Source of the DNA: Macrostomum hystrix | Taxonomy: Eukaryota > Animalia > Platyhelminthes | Assembly: GCA_950097015.1 (NCBI GenBank) | Contig: CATNEN010000014.1 | Span: forward strand, 2,301,976 to 2,365,975 | Reading direction: 5' to 3' | DNA length: 64,000 nucleotides | Shown here: positions 1-13,260 of the stretch, piece after piece | How the letters are laid out: every line of letters begins with the position of its first letter | Position numbering within the stretch: the stretch's first letter is position 1 | Made by a program: the position numbers and the translations under genes | Notes under the pieces: model-generated | Seen by the model: the letters and a program-made list of their open reading frames with translations, nothing else | The model's database searches: none | Told to the model about the DNA's origin: nothing

Positions 1-176
1 CCTAGCACAGTAACTTTTGAGGCAGTTTATAAAGCATTGGAGTCAGTCAGTTTTGGTCGAATCAATCCATTTTATTCCATTCTTTTATCTTATATTCTTT
101 GAAGTAGCACAAGCGACTTTCCTTTTCCGGCTTTTTTACAAAATTTCTATGGTCACGTTCTGATAAAGACATAAAC

Positions 177-3100
177 CCCTGAACTACGAAAGCCTGAACT
201 CCTGAACTAACAAAGCCTGAACTCCTAAACTACAAAAGCTTGAACTCCTGAACTACACAAGCCTGAACCCCTGAACTACGAAAGCCTGAACTCCTGAACT
301 AACAAAGCCTGAACTCCTAAACTACAAAAGCTTGAACTCCTGAACTACCAAAGCCTGAACTCTTGAACTACAAAAGCCTGAACTCTTGAACTACAAAAGC
401 CTGAACTCCTGAACTACACAAGCCTGAACTCCTGAACTACAAAAGCCTGAACTCCTGGACTTCAAAAACCTGAACTCCTGAACTACCATAGCCTGAACTC
501 CTGGACTACAAAAGCCTGAACTCCTGAACTACGAAAGCCTGAACTCCTGAACTACCAAAGCCTGAACTCCTGAACTACCAAAGCCTGAACTCCTAAACTA
601 CAAAAGCTTGAACTCCTGAACTACCAAAGCCTGAACTCCTAAACTACAAAAGCTTGAACTCCTGAACTACCAAAGCCTGAACTCCTGAACTACGAAAGCC
701 TGAACTCCTGAACTACCAAAGCCTGAACCCCTGAACTACCAAAGCCTGAACTCCTGAACTACCAAAGCCTGAACTCCTAAACTACAAAAGCTTGAACTCC
801 TGAACTACCAAAGCCTGAACTCTTGAACTACAAAAGCCTGAACTCTTGAACTACAAAAGCCTGAACTCCTGAACTACACAAGCCTGAACTCCTGAACTAC
901 AAAAGCCTGAACTCCTGAACTACAAAAGCCTGAACTCCTGGACTTCAAAAACCTGAACTCCTGAACTACCATAGCCTGAACTCCTGGACTACAAAAGCCT
1001 GAACTCCTGAACTACGAAAGCCTGAACTCCTGAACTACCAAAGCCTGAACTCCTGAACTACAAAAGCCTGAACTCCTAAACTACAAAAGCTTGAACTCCT
1101 GAACTACCAAAGCCTGAACTCCTAAACTACAAAAGCTTGAACTCCTGAACTACCAAAGCCTGAACTCTTGAACTACAAAAGCCTGAACTCTTGAACTACA
1201 AAAGCCTGAACTCCTGAACTACACAAGCCTGAACTCCTGAACTACAAAAGCTTGAACTCCTGAACTACCAAAGCCTGAACTCCTAAACTACAAAAGCTTG
1301 AACTCCTGAACTACCAAAGCCTGAACTCCTAAACTACAAAAGCTTGAACTCCTGAACTACCAAAGCCTGAACCCCTGAACTACGAAAGCCTGAACTCCTG
1401 AACTACCAAAGCCTGAACTCCTAAACTACAAAAGCTTGAACTCCTGAACTACACAAGCCTGAACTCCTGAACTACAAAAGCCTGAACTCCTGAACTACAA
1501 AAGCCTGAACTCCTGGACTTCAAAAACCTGAACTCCTGAACTACCATAGCCTGAACTCCTGGACTACAAAAGCCTGAACTCCTGAACTACCATAGCCTGA
1601 ACTCCTGAACTACACAAGCCTGAACTCCTGAACTACAAAAGCCTGAACTCCTGGACTTCAAAAACCTGAACTCCTGAACTACCATAGCCTGAACTCCTGG
1701 ACTACAAAAGCCTGAACTCCTGAACTACCATAGCCTGAACTCCTGGACTACAAAAGCCTGAACTCCTGAACTACAAAAGCCTGAACTCCTGAACTACAAA
1801 AGCCTGAACTCCTGAACTACAAAAGCTTGAACTCCTGGACTAAAAAAGCCTGAACTCCTGAACTACAAAAGCCTGAACTCCTGAACTACAAAAGCCTGAA
1901 CTCCTGAACTACAAAAGCCTGAACTCCTGAACTACAAAAGCCTGAACTCCTGAACTACAAAAGCCTGAACTCCTGAACTACAAAAGCCTGAACTCCTGAA
2001 CTACAAAAGCCTGAACTCCTGAACTACAAAGCCTGAACTCCTGAACTACAAAAGCCTGAACTCCTGAACTACAAAAGCCTGAACTCCTGAACTACAAAAG
2101 CCTGAACTCCTGAACTACAAAAGCCTGAACTCCTGAACTACAAAAGCCTGAACTCCTGAACTACAAAAGCCTGAACTCCTGAACTACAAAAGCCTGAACT
2201 CCTGAACTACAAAAGCCTGAACTCCTGAACTACAAAAGCCTGAACTCCTGAACTACAAAAGCCTGAACTCCTGGACTTCAAAAACCTGAACTCCTGAACT
2301 ACCATAGCCTGAACTCCTGGACTACAAAAGCCTGAACTCCTGAACTACCATAGCCTGAACTCCTGAACTACACAAGCCTGAACTCCTGAACTACAAAAGC
2401 CTGAACTCTTGAACTACAAAAGCCTGAACTCCTGAACTACACAAGCCTGAACTCCTGAACTACAAAAGCCTGAACTCCTGAACTACAAAAGCCTGAACTC
2501 CTGGACTTCAAAAACCTGAACTCCTGAACTACCATAGCCTGAACTCCTGGACTACAAAAGCCTGAACTCCTGAACTACACAAGCCTGAACTCCTGAACTA
2601 CAAAAGCCTGAACTCCTGGACTTCAAAAACCTGAACTCCTGAACTACCATAGCCTGAACTCCTGGACTACAAAAGCCTGAACTCCTGAACTACGAAAGCC
2701 TGAACTCCTGAACTACCAAAGCCTGAACTCCTGAACTACCAAAGCCTGAACTCCTAAACTACAAAAGCTTGAACTCCTGAACTACCAAAGCCTGAACTCC
2801 TAAACTACAAAAGCTTGAACTCCTGAACTACCAAAGCCTGAACTCCTGAACTACGAAAGCCTGAACTCCTGAACTACCAAAGCCTGAACCCCTGAACTAC
2901 CAAAGCCTGAACTCCTGAACTACCAAAGCCTGAACTCCTAAACTACAAAAGCTTGAACTCCTGAACTACCAAAGCCTGAACTCTTGAACTACAAAAGCCT
3001 GAACTCTTGAACTACAAAAGCCTGAACTCCTGAACTACACAAGCCTGAACTCCTGAACTACAAAAGCCTGAACTCCTGAACTACAAAAGCCTGAACTCCT

Positions 3101-5701
3101 GGACTTCAAAAACCTGAACTCCTGAACTACCATAGCCTGAACTCCTGGACTACAAAAGCCTGAACTCCTGAACTACGAAAGCCTGAACTCCTGAACTACC
3201 AAAGCCTGAACTCCTGAACTACAAAAGCCTGAACTCCTAAACTACAAAAGCTTGAACTCCTGAACTACCAAAGCCTGAACTCCTAAACTACAAAAGCTTG
3301 AACTCCTGAACTACCAAAGCCTGAACTCTTGAACTACAAAAGCCTGAACTCTTGAACTACAAAAGCCTGAACTCCTGAACTACACAAGCCTGAACTCCTG
3401 AACTACAAAAGCTTGAACTCCTGAACTACCAAAGCCTGAACTCCTAAACTACAAAAGCTTGAACTCCTGAACTACCAAAGCCTGAACTCCTAAACTACAA
3501 AAGCTTGAACTCCTGAACTACCAAAGCCTGAACCCCTGAACTACGAAAGCCTGAACTCCTGAACTACCAAAGCCTGAACTCCTAAACTACAAAAGCTTGA
3601 ACTCCTGAACTACACAAGCCTGAACTCCTGAACTACAAAAGCCTGAACTCCTGAACTACAAAAGCCTGAACTCCTGGACTTCAAAAACCTGAACTCCTGA
3701 ACTACCATAGCCTGAACTCCTGGACTACAAAAGCCTGAACTCCTGAACTACCATAGCCTGAACTCCTGAACTACACAAGCCTGAACTCCTGAACTACAAA
3801 AGCCTGAACTCCTGGACTTCAAAAACCTGAACTCCTGAACTACCATAGCCTGAACTCCTGGACTACAAAAGCCTGAACTCCTGAACTACCATAGCCTGAA
3901 CTCCTGGACTACAAAAGCCTGAACTCCTGAACTACAAAAGCCTGAACTCCTGAACTACAAAAGCCTGAACTCCTGAACTACAAAAGCTTGAACTCCTGGA
4001 CTAAAAAAGCCTGAACTCCTGAACTACAAAAGCCTGAACTCCTGAACTACAAAAGCCTGAACTCCTGAACTACAAAAGCCTGAACTCCTGAACTACAAAA
4101 GCCTGAACTCCTGAACTACAAAAGCCTGAACTCCTGAACTACAAAAGCCTGAACTCCTGAACTACAAAAGCCTGAACTCCTGAACTACAAAAGCCTGAAC
4201 TCCTGAACTACAAAAGCCTGAACTCCTGAACTACAAAAGCCTGAACTCCTGAACTACAAAAGCCTGAACTCCTGAACTACAAAAGCCTGAACTCCTGAAC
4301 TACAAAAGCCTGAACTCCTGAACTACAAAAGCCTGAACTCCTGAACTACAAAAGCCTGAACTCCTGAACTACAAAGCCTGAACTCCTGAACTACAAAAGC
4401 CTGAACTCCTGAACTACAAAAGCCTGAACTCCTGGACTTCAAAAACCTGAACTCCTGAACTACCATAGCCTGAACTCCTGGACTACAAAAGCCTGAACTC
4501 CTGAACTACCATAGCCTGAACTCCTGAACTACACAAGCCTGAACTCCTGAACTACAAAAGCCTGAACTCTTGAACTACAAAAGCCTGAACTCCTGAACTA
4601 CACAAGCCTGAACTCCTGAACTACAAAAGCCTGAACTCCTGAACTACAAAAGCCTGAACTCCTGGACTTCAAAAACCTGAACTCCTGAACTACCATAGCC
4701 TGAACTCCTGGACTACAAAAGCCTGAACTCCTAAACTACCATAGCCTGAACTCCTGAACTACACAAGCCTGAACTCCTGAACTACAAAAGCCTGAACTCC
4801 TGGACTTCAAAAACCTGAACTCCTGAACTACCATAGCCTGAACTCCTGGACTACAAAAGCCTGAACTCCTGAACTACCATAGCCTGAACTCCTGGACTAC
4901 AAAAGCCTGAACTCCTGAACTACCATAGCCTGAACTCCTGGACTACAAAAGCCTGAACTCCTGGACTACAAAAGCCTGAACTCCTGAACTACAAAAGCCT
5001 GAACTCCTGAACTACAAAAGCCTGAACTCCTGAACTACAAAAGCTTGAACTCCTGGACTAAAAAAGCCTGAACTCCTGAACTACAAAAGCCTGAACTCCT
5101 GAACTACAAAAGCCTGAACTCCTGAACTACAAAAGCCTGAACTCCTGAACTACAAAAGCCTGAACTCCTGAACTACAAAAGCCTGAACTCCTGAACTACA
5201 AAAGCCTGAACTCCTGAACTACAAAAGCCTGAACTCCTGAACTACAAAAGCCTGAACTCCTGAACTACAAAAGCCTGAACTCCTGAACTACAAAAGCCTG
5301 AACTCCTGAACTACAAAAGCCTGAACTCCTGAACTACAAAAGCCTGAACTCCTGAACTACAAAAGCCTGAACTCCTGAACTACAAAAGCCTGAACTCCTG
5401 AACTACAAAAGCCTGAACTCCTGAACTACAAAAGCCTGAACTCCTGAACTACCAAAGCCTGAACTCCTGAACTAAAAAAGCCTGAACTCCTGAACTACAA
5501 AAGCCTGAACTCGTTAACTACAAAAGCCTGAACTCCTGAACTACAAAAGCCTGAACTCCTGAACTACAAAAGCCTGAACTCCTGAACTACAAAAGCCTGA
5601 ACTCCTGAACTACAAAAGCCTGAACTCCTGAACTACAAAAGCCTGAACTCCTGAACTACAAAAGCCTGAACTCCTGAACTACAAAAGCCTGAACTCCTGA
5701 A
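177..5701. repeat. 23-bp minisatellite array (~240 units) with a higher-order ~2.16-kb period
   Basis: Unit GCCTGAACTCCTGAACTACAAAA. Variant units (e.g. GGACTAAAAAAGCC at ~1838 and ~3999) recur at an offset of 2161 bp. Confidence 0.97.
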
Positions 5702-6236
5702 TTAATCTCTCAAGTTCTAAACCACAATTAAATATCAAAGTCAGCACAAAGTCAACAGACCTGACAAAACTATTCAGTCAAAACATGATTATTATATGCT
5801 TCAGCTCAAGCGCCAATGAAAGTCAAACAAGCGACACGCAAGACTCGATTGAGTGATGCCTGGATCAACCAGCTTCCAGCCGGAGCCCCAGTGACTGATG
5901 TGGCCTACAAATTGCTTTTCCTATGTTAATCCCAGGCTCGCGAGTCAGTTTTTTGTTTGATAGTCGGGGCAGGAATATGAATCTAGCCCGTGACATTGCT
6001 GCAAATCTAATACAATGCCCCATCTGGAATCAAACTGAGTGTGAAATTCGATTTCATAGAAAATATGAACCGGCTATAAAGCTAATCAAATTCTAAATAA
6101 AGTTAATTATTGCAACCTTCGGCATAGAGAATTCATTTCAAATGCTTTTGAATTTCTGAGGTTTGCTGTAATTAAATTAGCAAATTTTATCGAGATTAAA
6201 TTTCAGCAATTTTATAAATTAAAAAATAGAATATTT

Positions 6237-6622
6237 TTTTGCCTTTGAACAACTGAACCGATAATCGCGAACTGAATTTGATTGGCTGATAGGCTTAGTC
6301 ACGTGATTTGGTTGAAGTCGCTTAAATTAAGTAGGGTTATTACGCAAGGGACTTTCTAAAAATAGCCATGACTCAGCCCATTCCTGAAATTAAAACAGGG
6401 ACTTTATCTTAGCAATTTAGTAGGCATGATTTTGCCTTTGAACAACTGAACCGATAATCGCGAACTGAATTTGATTGGCTGATAGGCTTAGTCACGTGAT
6501 TTGGTTGAAGTCGCTTAAATTAAGTAGGGTTATTACGCAAGGGACTTTCTAAAAATAGCCATGACTCAGCCCATTCCTGAAATTAAAACAGGGACTTTAT
6601 CTTTGCAATTTAGTAGGCATGA
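6237..6622. repeat. 193-bp tandem duplication carrying a cluster of TF-site-like motifs
   Basis: GCCTTTGAACAACTG... starts at 6241 and again at 6434 and the copies are near-identical. Each holds ATTGG (CCAAT), CACGTG, CTAAAAATAG (MEF2 consensus) and TGACTCA. Confidence 0.9.
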
Positions 6623-6628
6623 ACGCTA

Positions 6629-6904
6629 GGGGGTCGGTGGCTAACCGGTTAATGCGTTTGCCTCTCGCACCAAGGTCCCTAAGTTCGATTCCACGACGAG
6701 GCCACATTGATTTGTTGCGCAGCCGCTGAGATAAGGCTTTGGGGGCTTGTCGTGCAATTTACGCCCTTGAGGGCCAACCTCCAAAGCACAGTGAAATGTA
6801 CACTGCCTGATGATGAGAAAGTCAGGGCAGATGTACACACCTGTGTGAGCGTGTGCCTGCGTACAGTATCTGTGTGCGTGTGTGCTCAGGAGCCAGCGAA
6901 AATG
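6629..6904 (+). mobile_element. tRNA-derived SINE, copy A
   Basis: A-box TGGCTAACCGG and B-box GTTCGATTCC, a ~200-bp body and a (TG)-rich tail. Alignable by eye to copies at 24590-24839 and 45430-45679. Confidence 0.8.
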
Positions 6905-7621
6905 CCTCCATGCATGAAGGCTTTTTTAACAGGCCTGATTAACCTGGGAAGCTGATAGCGGAGTTCCTTTTTATTAGTGCAACTGTCCGCGACAAATTGA
7001 AATTCATTTTATCCTTATTTTTTCCCCCGTGGATTGACCTTAGCTCTTTTAATTAGCTGCCCGACTTGGGGATCTGGGATCTGAGGGCCGTTAATCTCAA
7101 GCAATCTCAAACAATGCCCTTTGATCTCGCAGCTGCTGCTGTTTCGCATGGACGGCCTCCTAAAGCCGAGGGCGCAGATTTGTCGCTAAGCAACAGTCTT
7201 TGAAGTGGAAATCTTGTTCTCTAGTTGTTTGATACTCGTTCAGTTTTTCGCCAGCTTCTCTGAGCCTCGGATCAGCCAGCCGAGACCCCCAAGATCAGTT
7301 TGCGGTCGGCGTTTCCAGAACCGGACGGGGCTGACCTAGGAAGCGGAGAATTCTACAAAGTTTACACAAACTCTCTGTGGTCAGTGAATTTTTTCCGAGC
7401 CTCCTAAACATTCTGGCCCAGCTGCATCTGGCAGGTGGCCCCTCTGCACTGACCGAAAAACTCTGATTTTTGCCTGCCTCTTCACTTTGGCCAGCGAAGG
7501 CTTCCAGAAAAAAACTGTTGCATTGCAAGATCTACAAGCCTCCTAAGCTTTGCCTTAAATACACTGCCCCTGACAGTCACTGCCGCCCTCCTGCCCTTCT
7601 CTGAACTCGCTCTTCCTCTGC

Positions 7622-7792
7622 TTGCATCTCTTCCTGTCCCTGCATCTCTTCCTGTCCCTGCATCTCTTCCAATCCCTGCATCTCTTCCAATCCCTGCATC
7701 TCTTCCAATCCCTGCATCTCTTCCAATCCCTGCATCTCTTCCAATCCCTGCATCTCTTCCAATCCCTGCATCTCTTCCAATCCCTGCATCTC
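7622..7792. repeat. 18-bp minisatellite
   Basis: Unit TGCATCTCTTCCAATCCC, about 9 copies. Confidence 0.93.
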
Positions 7793-8299
7793 ACCCTCAG
7801 TAATTTCCTCGCTCAAAGCCTTCAAGCTCTGACTCCGCATTCTCTGCTTGTCTTTAGATGAACCGCAAAATAATTTTGCTGCTCAAATCGATTGGTCTCT
7901 GTAAAAGAGCACATTGGAGTATTGTTTTGAGTCTAACAGTTCTATAACCGGCCTGTTGTTACTCGATGTTCAGTCACAATGCCCAAGCCGGTGCAACAAT
8001 AGAAGAACAAAAATAAAGCTACGATAGCAATACAATAGTGATTTGTGTTAAGCTCGTACTCGTACATTGTCTATCTCTACCGATCATTCAACCGCGAATA
8101 GCATGACAGAGTAGAAGGAATTCCAAAGCATTTGAATGTACTTTTACTGGCGCATTATCTCAGTTATGGAGAAGAATTATTCAACAGGAGGAATTGCGCG
8201 ACTTCCCGATGCTGGGAGAGCACAAAACGAAGATAATAAGATTCGGGACTTCAACGGCTGTCACGCGAGGATCGAGTGAGTTCTGTCTCCTGTCTGGAA

Positions 8300-8910
8300 A
8301 ATATCAGTCTCTCTTATATTTGAGCTGCTTATAGCTGAGTTGTGACGTCACGGCGGGTCGTGAAGATGTATTTCCTAGAAATAGTGAGAGATGAGGAACA
8401 GCAATATCCGGAAGGCTATGGGTCGCTGTGTACGAGAGCACGAACTCAAGTCTATATAGACTGAGTGGCTTGCAATGTGGGTCATTCAAAAATACCCGGC
8501 TGCTAAAAGTGCACGCAGCATTGCTGGGCGCCTGTTGTAGTTGAGGCTTATCTCAACTGATATGTTGCTGGACTCGAGTACGATTGGGGAGATTTGCCCG
8601 AGGCTGTGTGACAGTTGGTGTTCCGCGGCAATCGCCTGCTCAGCCCAAATCCTTAGAATTTTACTCCGAATGGCCGGTCGGATAATCCCCGACAGAGATT
8701 GACAGGCGGCGGCGGTGGGAGCCACTGACGCAAGGGGCAGATTCACAAACAAATGGCTAAGGCTGAACTTCTAGGCAAAGCCAAGCGAAAGTCAAGTGCG
8801 GCGCTAAATTCAAGATTGACTGGCTGCAAACCAACAGACAGCAATGGGCTGGGACAATTAAGGATGCCGGGGACAGACAACTGCAAAGCTGTTCTTCTGC
8901 CAAATGACAT
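8300..8910 (-). mobile_element. Probable degraded non-LTR retrotransposon (LINE) ORF2 C-terminal remnant
   Basis: Broken minus-strand frames read FGRRTALQLSVPGILNCPSPLLSVGLQPVNLEF (resembles the post-RT 'RRALR...PTxALLVEAGLxP' region) and FLNDPHCKPLSLYRLEFVLSYTATHSLPDIAVPHLSLFLGN (resembles LINE C-termini). Several frameshifts; resemblance is from memory only. Confidence 0.35.
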
Positions 8911-8919
8911 AAAAATCAT

Positions 8920-10568
8920 GAATTTGGGGGTTCGCCCCCATGGATTTGGGGGGGGGGCGGGTGCCACCAAGAATTTTGTGGGGGAGTGCTACCTTGAATT
9001 TGGGGGGTGGGTGCCGCTATGAATTTGGGGGGTGGGTGCCACTATGAATTTGGCGGTGGGTGCCGCTATGAATTTGAGGGTGGGTGCCACCATGAATTTG
9101 AAGGGTGAGTGCCACCATGAATTTGAAGGGTGAGTGCCACCATGAATTTGAAGGGTGAGGGCCACCATGAATTTGGGGGGAGGTGGGTGCCACTATGAAT
9201 TTGGGGGGGACGGGTGCCACCATGAATTTGAAGGGTGAGTGCCACCATGAAGTTGAAGTGTGAGTGCCACCATGAATTTGAAGGGTGAGTGCCACCATGA
9301 ATTTGAAGGGTGAGTGCCACCATGAATTTGGGGGGAGGTGGGTGCCACCATGAATTTTGTTGGGGAGTGCTACCTTGAATTTGGGGGGTGGGTGCCGCTA
9401 TGAATTTGGGGGGTGGGTGCCACTATGAATTTGGGGGGTGGGTGCCACCATGAATTTGAAGGGTGAGTGCCACCATGAATTTGGGGGGGGATGAGTGCCA
9501 CTATGAATTTTTTGGGAAGGGTGCCACCATGACTTTGGGGGGAGGTGGGTGCCACCATAAATTTGAAGTGTGAGTGCCACCATGAATTTTAAGGGTGAGT
9601 GCCACCATGAATTTGGGGGTGGGATGAGTGCCACTATGAATTTTTGGGGAGGGTGCCACCATGACTTTGGGGGGAGGTGGGTGCCACCATACATTTGAAG
9701 TGTGAGTGCCACCATGAATTTGAAGGGTGAGTGCGACCATGAAGTTGAAGTGTGAGTGCCACCATAAATTTGAAGGGTGAGTGCCACCATGAATTTGAAG
9801 GGTGAGTGCCACCATGAATTTGGGGGGTGGTGGGTGCCACCATGAATTTTGTTGGGGAGTGCTACCTTGAATTTGGGGGGTGGGTGCCGCTATGAATTTG
9901 GGGGGTGGGTGCCACCATGAATTTGGGGGGGGTGAGTGCCAATATGAATTTGGGGGGTGGGTGCCGCTATGAATTTGGGGGTGGGTGTCACTATGAATTT
10001 GGGGGGGGTGAGTGCCACTATGAATTTTTGGGGTGGGTGCCACCATGAATTTGGGGGGAGGTGGGTGCCACCATGAATTTGAAGGGTGAGTGCCACCATA
10101 AATTAGAAGTGTGAGTGCCACCTTGAATTTGAAGGGTGAGTGCCACCATGAATTTGAAGGGTGAGTGCCACCATGAATTTGAAGGGTGAGTGCCACCATG
10201 AATTTGGGGGGAGGTGGGTGCCACTATGAATTTGGGGGGGGGTGAGTGCCACTATGAATTTGGGGGGTGGGTGCCGCTATGATTTTGGGGGTGGGTGCCG
10301 CTATGAATTTGGGGGGTGGGTGTCACTATGAATTTGGGGGGGTGAGTGCCACTATGAATTTTTGGGGTGGGTGCCACCATGAATTTGGGGGGAGGTGGGT
10401 GCCACCATGAATTTGAAGGGTGAGTGCCACCATGAATTTGAAGGGTGAGTGCCACCATGAATTTGAAGGGTGAGTGCCACCATGAATTTGAAGGGTGAGG
10501 GCCACCATGAATTTGGGGGGAGGTGGGTGCCACTATGAATTTGGAGGGTGGGGGCCACCATGAATTTG
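8920..10568. repeat. G-rich ~22-27-bp minisatellite
   Basis: Units such as TGAATTTGAAGGGTGAGTGCCACCA (25 bp) alternate with G-run variants TGAATTTGGGGGGTGGGTGCCAC(C/T)A. Confidence 0.95.
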
Positions 10569-11489
10569 GCTCATCCAGCCGGGGATAGTTCAGAGTAATC
10601 AATAATCAAATCAATTCACGAATCCATTAAATAGGCTTTTTCCATCTTACAGGTAAAATAAAAAAAAACAGACGAGCCTTTAGCCGCAGATGCGATGAGT
10701 TTGGGACTATAATCACAGCCCTAATCTAACTAGGGTTCTCACGGGCTCAGGTGCAGTAGCACGGCACTAATTACTCTGAAAAAACTCTGCAGAAAAAGCT
10801 GATTTGAGGATTTTGAAGCAGCAATTTTAGAAACTATATTTATGGAAATAGGAAGTGTGAGTGGGACTTGTGAGTGAGTGAAATGTGTCCATTCTTCTTC
10901 AGTTTCATGCCAGCACTTTCTTTGCGCTATACGCGAGCGTGTAGTAACCAGGGGGATAATTTTCGGGCCCTGGGATATCTTTGTTTAGCAGTGTGCAATC
11001 TGCGAAGTCAGGGGGAATGTCAGTTTATGAGGCACACAATGGCTTTGCCTGCGCATTATTATTAATTTGACTCGCAGCCGCAGTCATACTTTTGCTTTCA
11101 TATTTCTGTTTTTCCCCTTTATCCTGGAATCCAGGTACCGTTAATTAAGGGATTCAGATTAATATTTAACGGCAGTGATAGGGAATAGAATTGCAGATTT
11201 ACAACTGTACGGTCCATTACCTGTAGGCTCCTAGACCCACACAAAGCTTTTCCCTAGCTGATGCTGGTACCCATTGTGCCGCCCGGTAAAGTTAAGACAA
11301 TTGGCAATGGAATGACTTGCTGAAAAATTAACTTATTTTTATTTCACTGTTATTCGAAAAAAACTTTCAGAATAACAAAACAATCGCTGAGATATTCAAC
11401 AATTCTCGTCAGGGCGTCTGCAGACCACCAGCATAGCACAATTTGTTTGCTCACTAACTTTCATAATGTTAACAATGTCGGCTATTGTT

Positions 11490-12180
11490 GTTGGGATTAT
11501 ATTGTTAATTGTTATATTGTTAATTGTTTAATTGTTAATTGTTATATTGCTAATTGTTATATTTTTAATTGTTATATTGTTAACTGTTATATTGTTAGTT
11601 GTTTTATTGTTAATTGTTATCTTGTTAATTGTTATATATTTTTAATTGTTATATTTTTAATTGTTATATTGTTAATTGTTATATTGTTAATTGTCTAATT
11701 GTTAATTGTTATATTGCTAATTGTTATATTTTTAATTGTTATCTTGTTAATTGTTTTATTGTTAATTGTTATATTGTAAATTGTTATCTCGCTAATTGTT
11801 ATATTGTTAGTTGTTATCTTGTTAATTGTTTTATTGTTAATTGTTATATTGTTAATTGTTATCTCGCTAATTGTTATATTGTTAGTTGTTATCTTGTTAA
11901 TTGTTTTATTGTTAATTGTTATCTTGTTAATTTTTATCTTGTTAATTGTTATCTTGTTAATTGTTTTATTGTTAATTGTTTTATTGTTAATTGTTATATT
12001 GTTAATTGTTATCTCGCTAATTGTTATATTGTTAGTTGTTATCTTGTTAATTGTTTTATTGTTAATTGTTATCTTGTTAATTGTTATCTTGTTAATTGTT
12101 ATCTTGTTAATTGTTTTATTGTTAATTGTTATATTGTTAATTGTTATATTGTTAGTTGTTATATTGTTAGTTGTTTTATA
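11490..12180. repeat. AT-rich 15-bp minisatellite
   Basis: Unit TTAATTGTTATATTG with variants, about 45 copies. It generates the spurious NCYIV/LLIVI ORFs. Confidence 0.95.
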
Positions 12181-12915
12181 ATTGACCCAATAAACATGTG
12201 CCATGGAGGTTTCTACAGGGCATGTTCGTTGTGCCTGTCATCAGGCTCTTCGACAATAATCGCTGAGTTTCTCGACGATGCTGACCTCATACGAGTGTCA
12301 TACGTACGCTCAGCAATGTACGGTTTTAAAAACAAGTTCATCGTTAAGTGCTTACATTTTTTATTCATTTGGTGGACTTTCACGAAAATCGGTCATTCGA
12401 TTTCGGAGCTATCGTGAAGTAGGGCTGTGGGTATTTGAAACACCACCGTTGTCGCTCGATCCTTAGGGAAAAATAGCGTGCTATAGACAAGCCGTATCGT
12501 GATTTGCAATCAGCCGTATATCCATTCACGGCTGCGCTGGAAACAAATGCGGCCTCGCTGCGGATTCTCAGGCTATGGAGCCTTGGTAGGAACGTGGGAC
12601 GCTTAACCAGCTTGTCGATCAACTCACCCTGCTATTCATAATTGCAAGCTAATGCTAGCAAGAAACAGGCAGCTAATATTTCATGTCTGAAGAAACTAAA
12701 AAAGCATCTATTCAAGATTTGTCTAATTAATTATTAACAGCTTGTAAAGCGAGCTTCAGTTCTCGGTGCATTGTTCGAAGCGAGAATTTGCGGGCTTCAT
12801 GAATTGTCAACTGCGACAGCTGTTAGGATGTCTTCGGCCTCGATAAGGAGGACATTGCAGGCGAGTCTCGGTCCTCCAAGCGAGCCTATTGGCGGGATCC
12901 GATGACTATTAAAAA

Positions 12916-13228
12916 TCAATCGATTGCCGTCTCCAGCACCGGGCCGGTGGTTTCCATACCAACGTAGTCTCCAAGACCGTCGCTAAGGCAGCCTTCGAAA
13001 TCGTCGTCTGCGGCGCCAGCAGCGGCGCCTGTGGCCGCGGTGGCCGCCGTGGCTGTCAGCGGCTCCGTCTCTCGCCTGCTGGTGGCCGGGTCCGTGACGC
13101 CGGCTCGAAGATTTGCCGACCTGAGGGCGAAGATTTCGCCGCCCCGACCGCGCCCGGTGTTTCCGGCCCCGCCGGCGCCGCGATTTCGACGACCTCCGAG
13201 GAAGCCAGCAGCGTTTCCGCCGTTGCCC

Positions 13229-13260
<32 letters not shown>

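Noticed and set aside
6805-6835. Hammerhead-ribozyme-like CTGATGA...GAAA in SINE copy A
   Set aside because: No stem II, no matching stem I/III with a cleavage triplet, and the core is not conserved in copy C (CTGGCGA...GAGA).
7100-7860. Coding-looking minus-strand stretches around the EEMQGL repeat
   Set aside because: Stops occur in every frame, and I found no consistent splice path or recognisable domain.
8900-12420. Long ORFs in the G-rich and AT-rich arrays (MVALTLQIHGG..., NCYIV...)
   Set aside because: Purely repeat-derived, with several overlapping frames open and no splice or start context.
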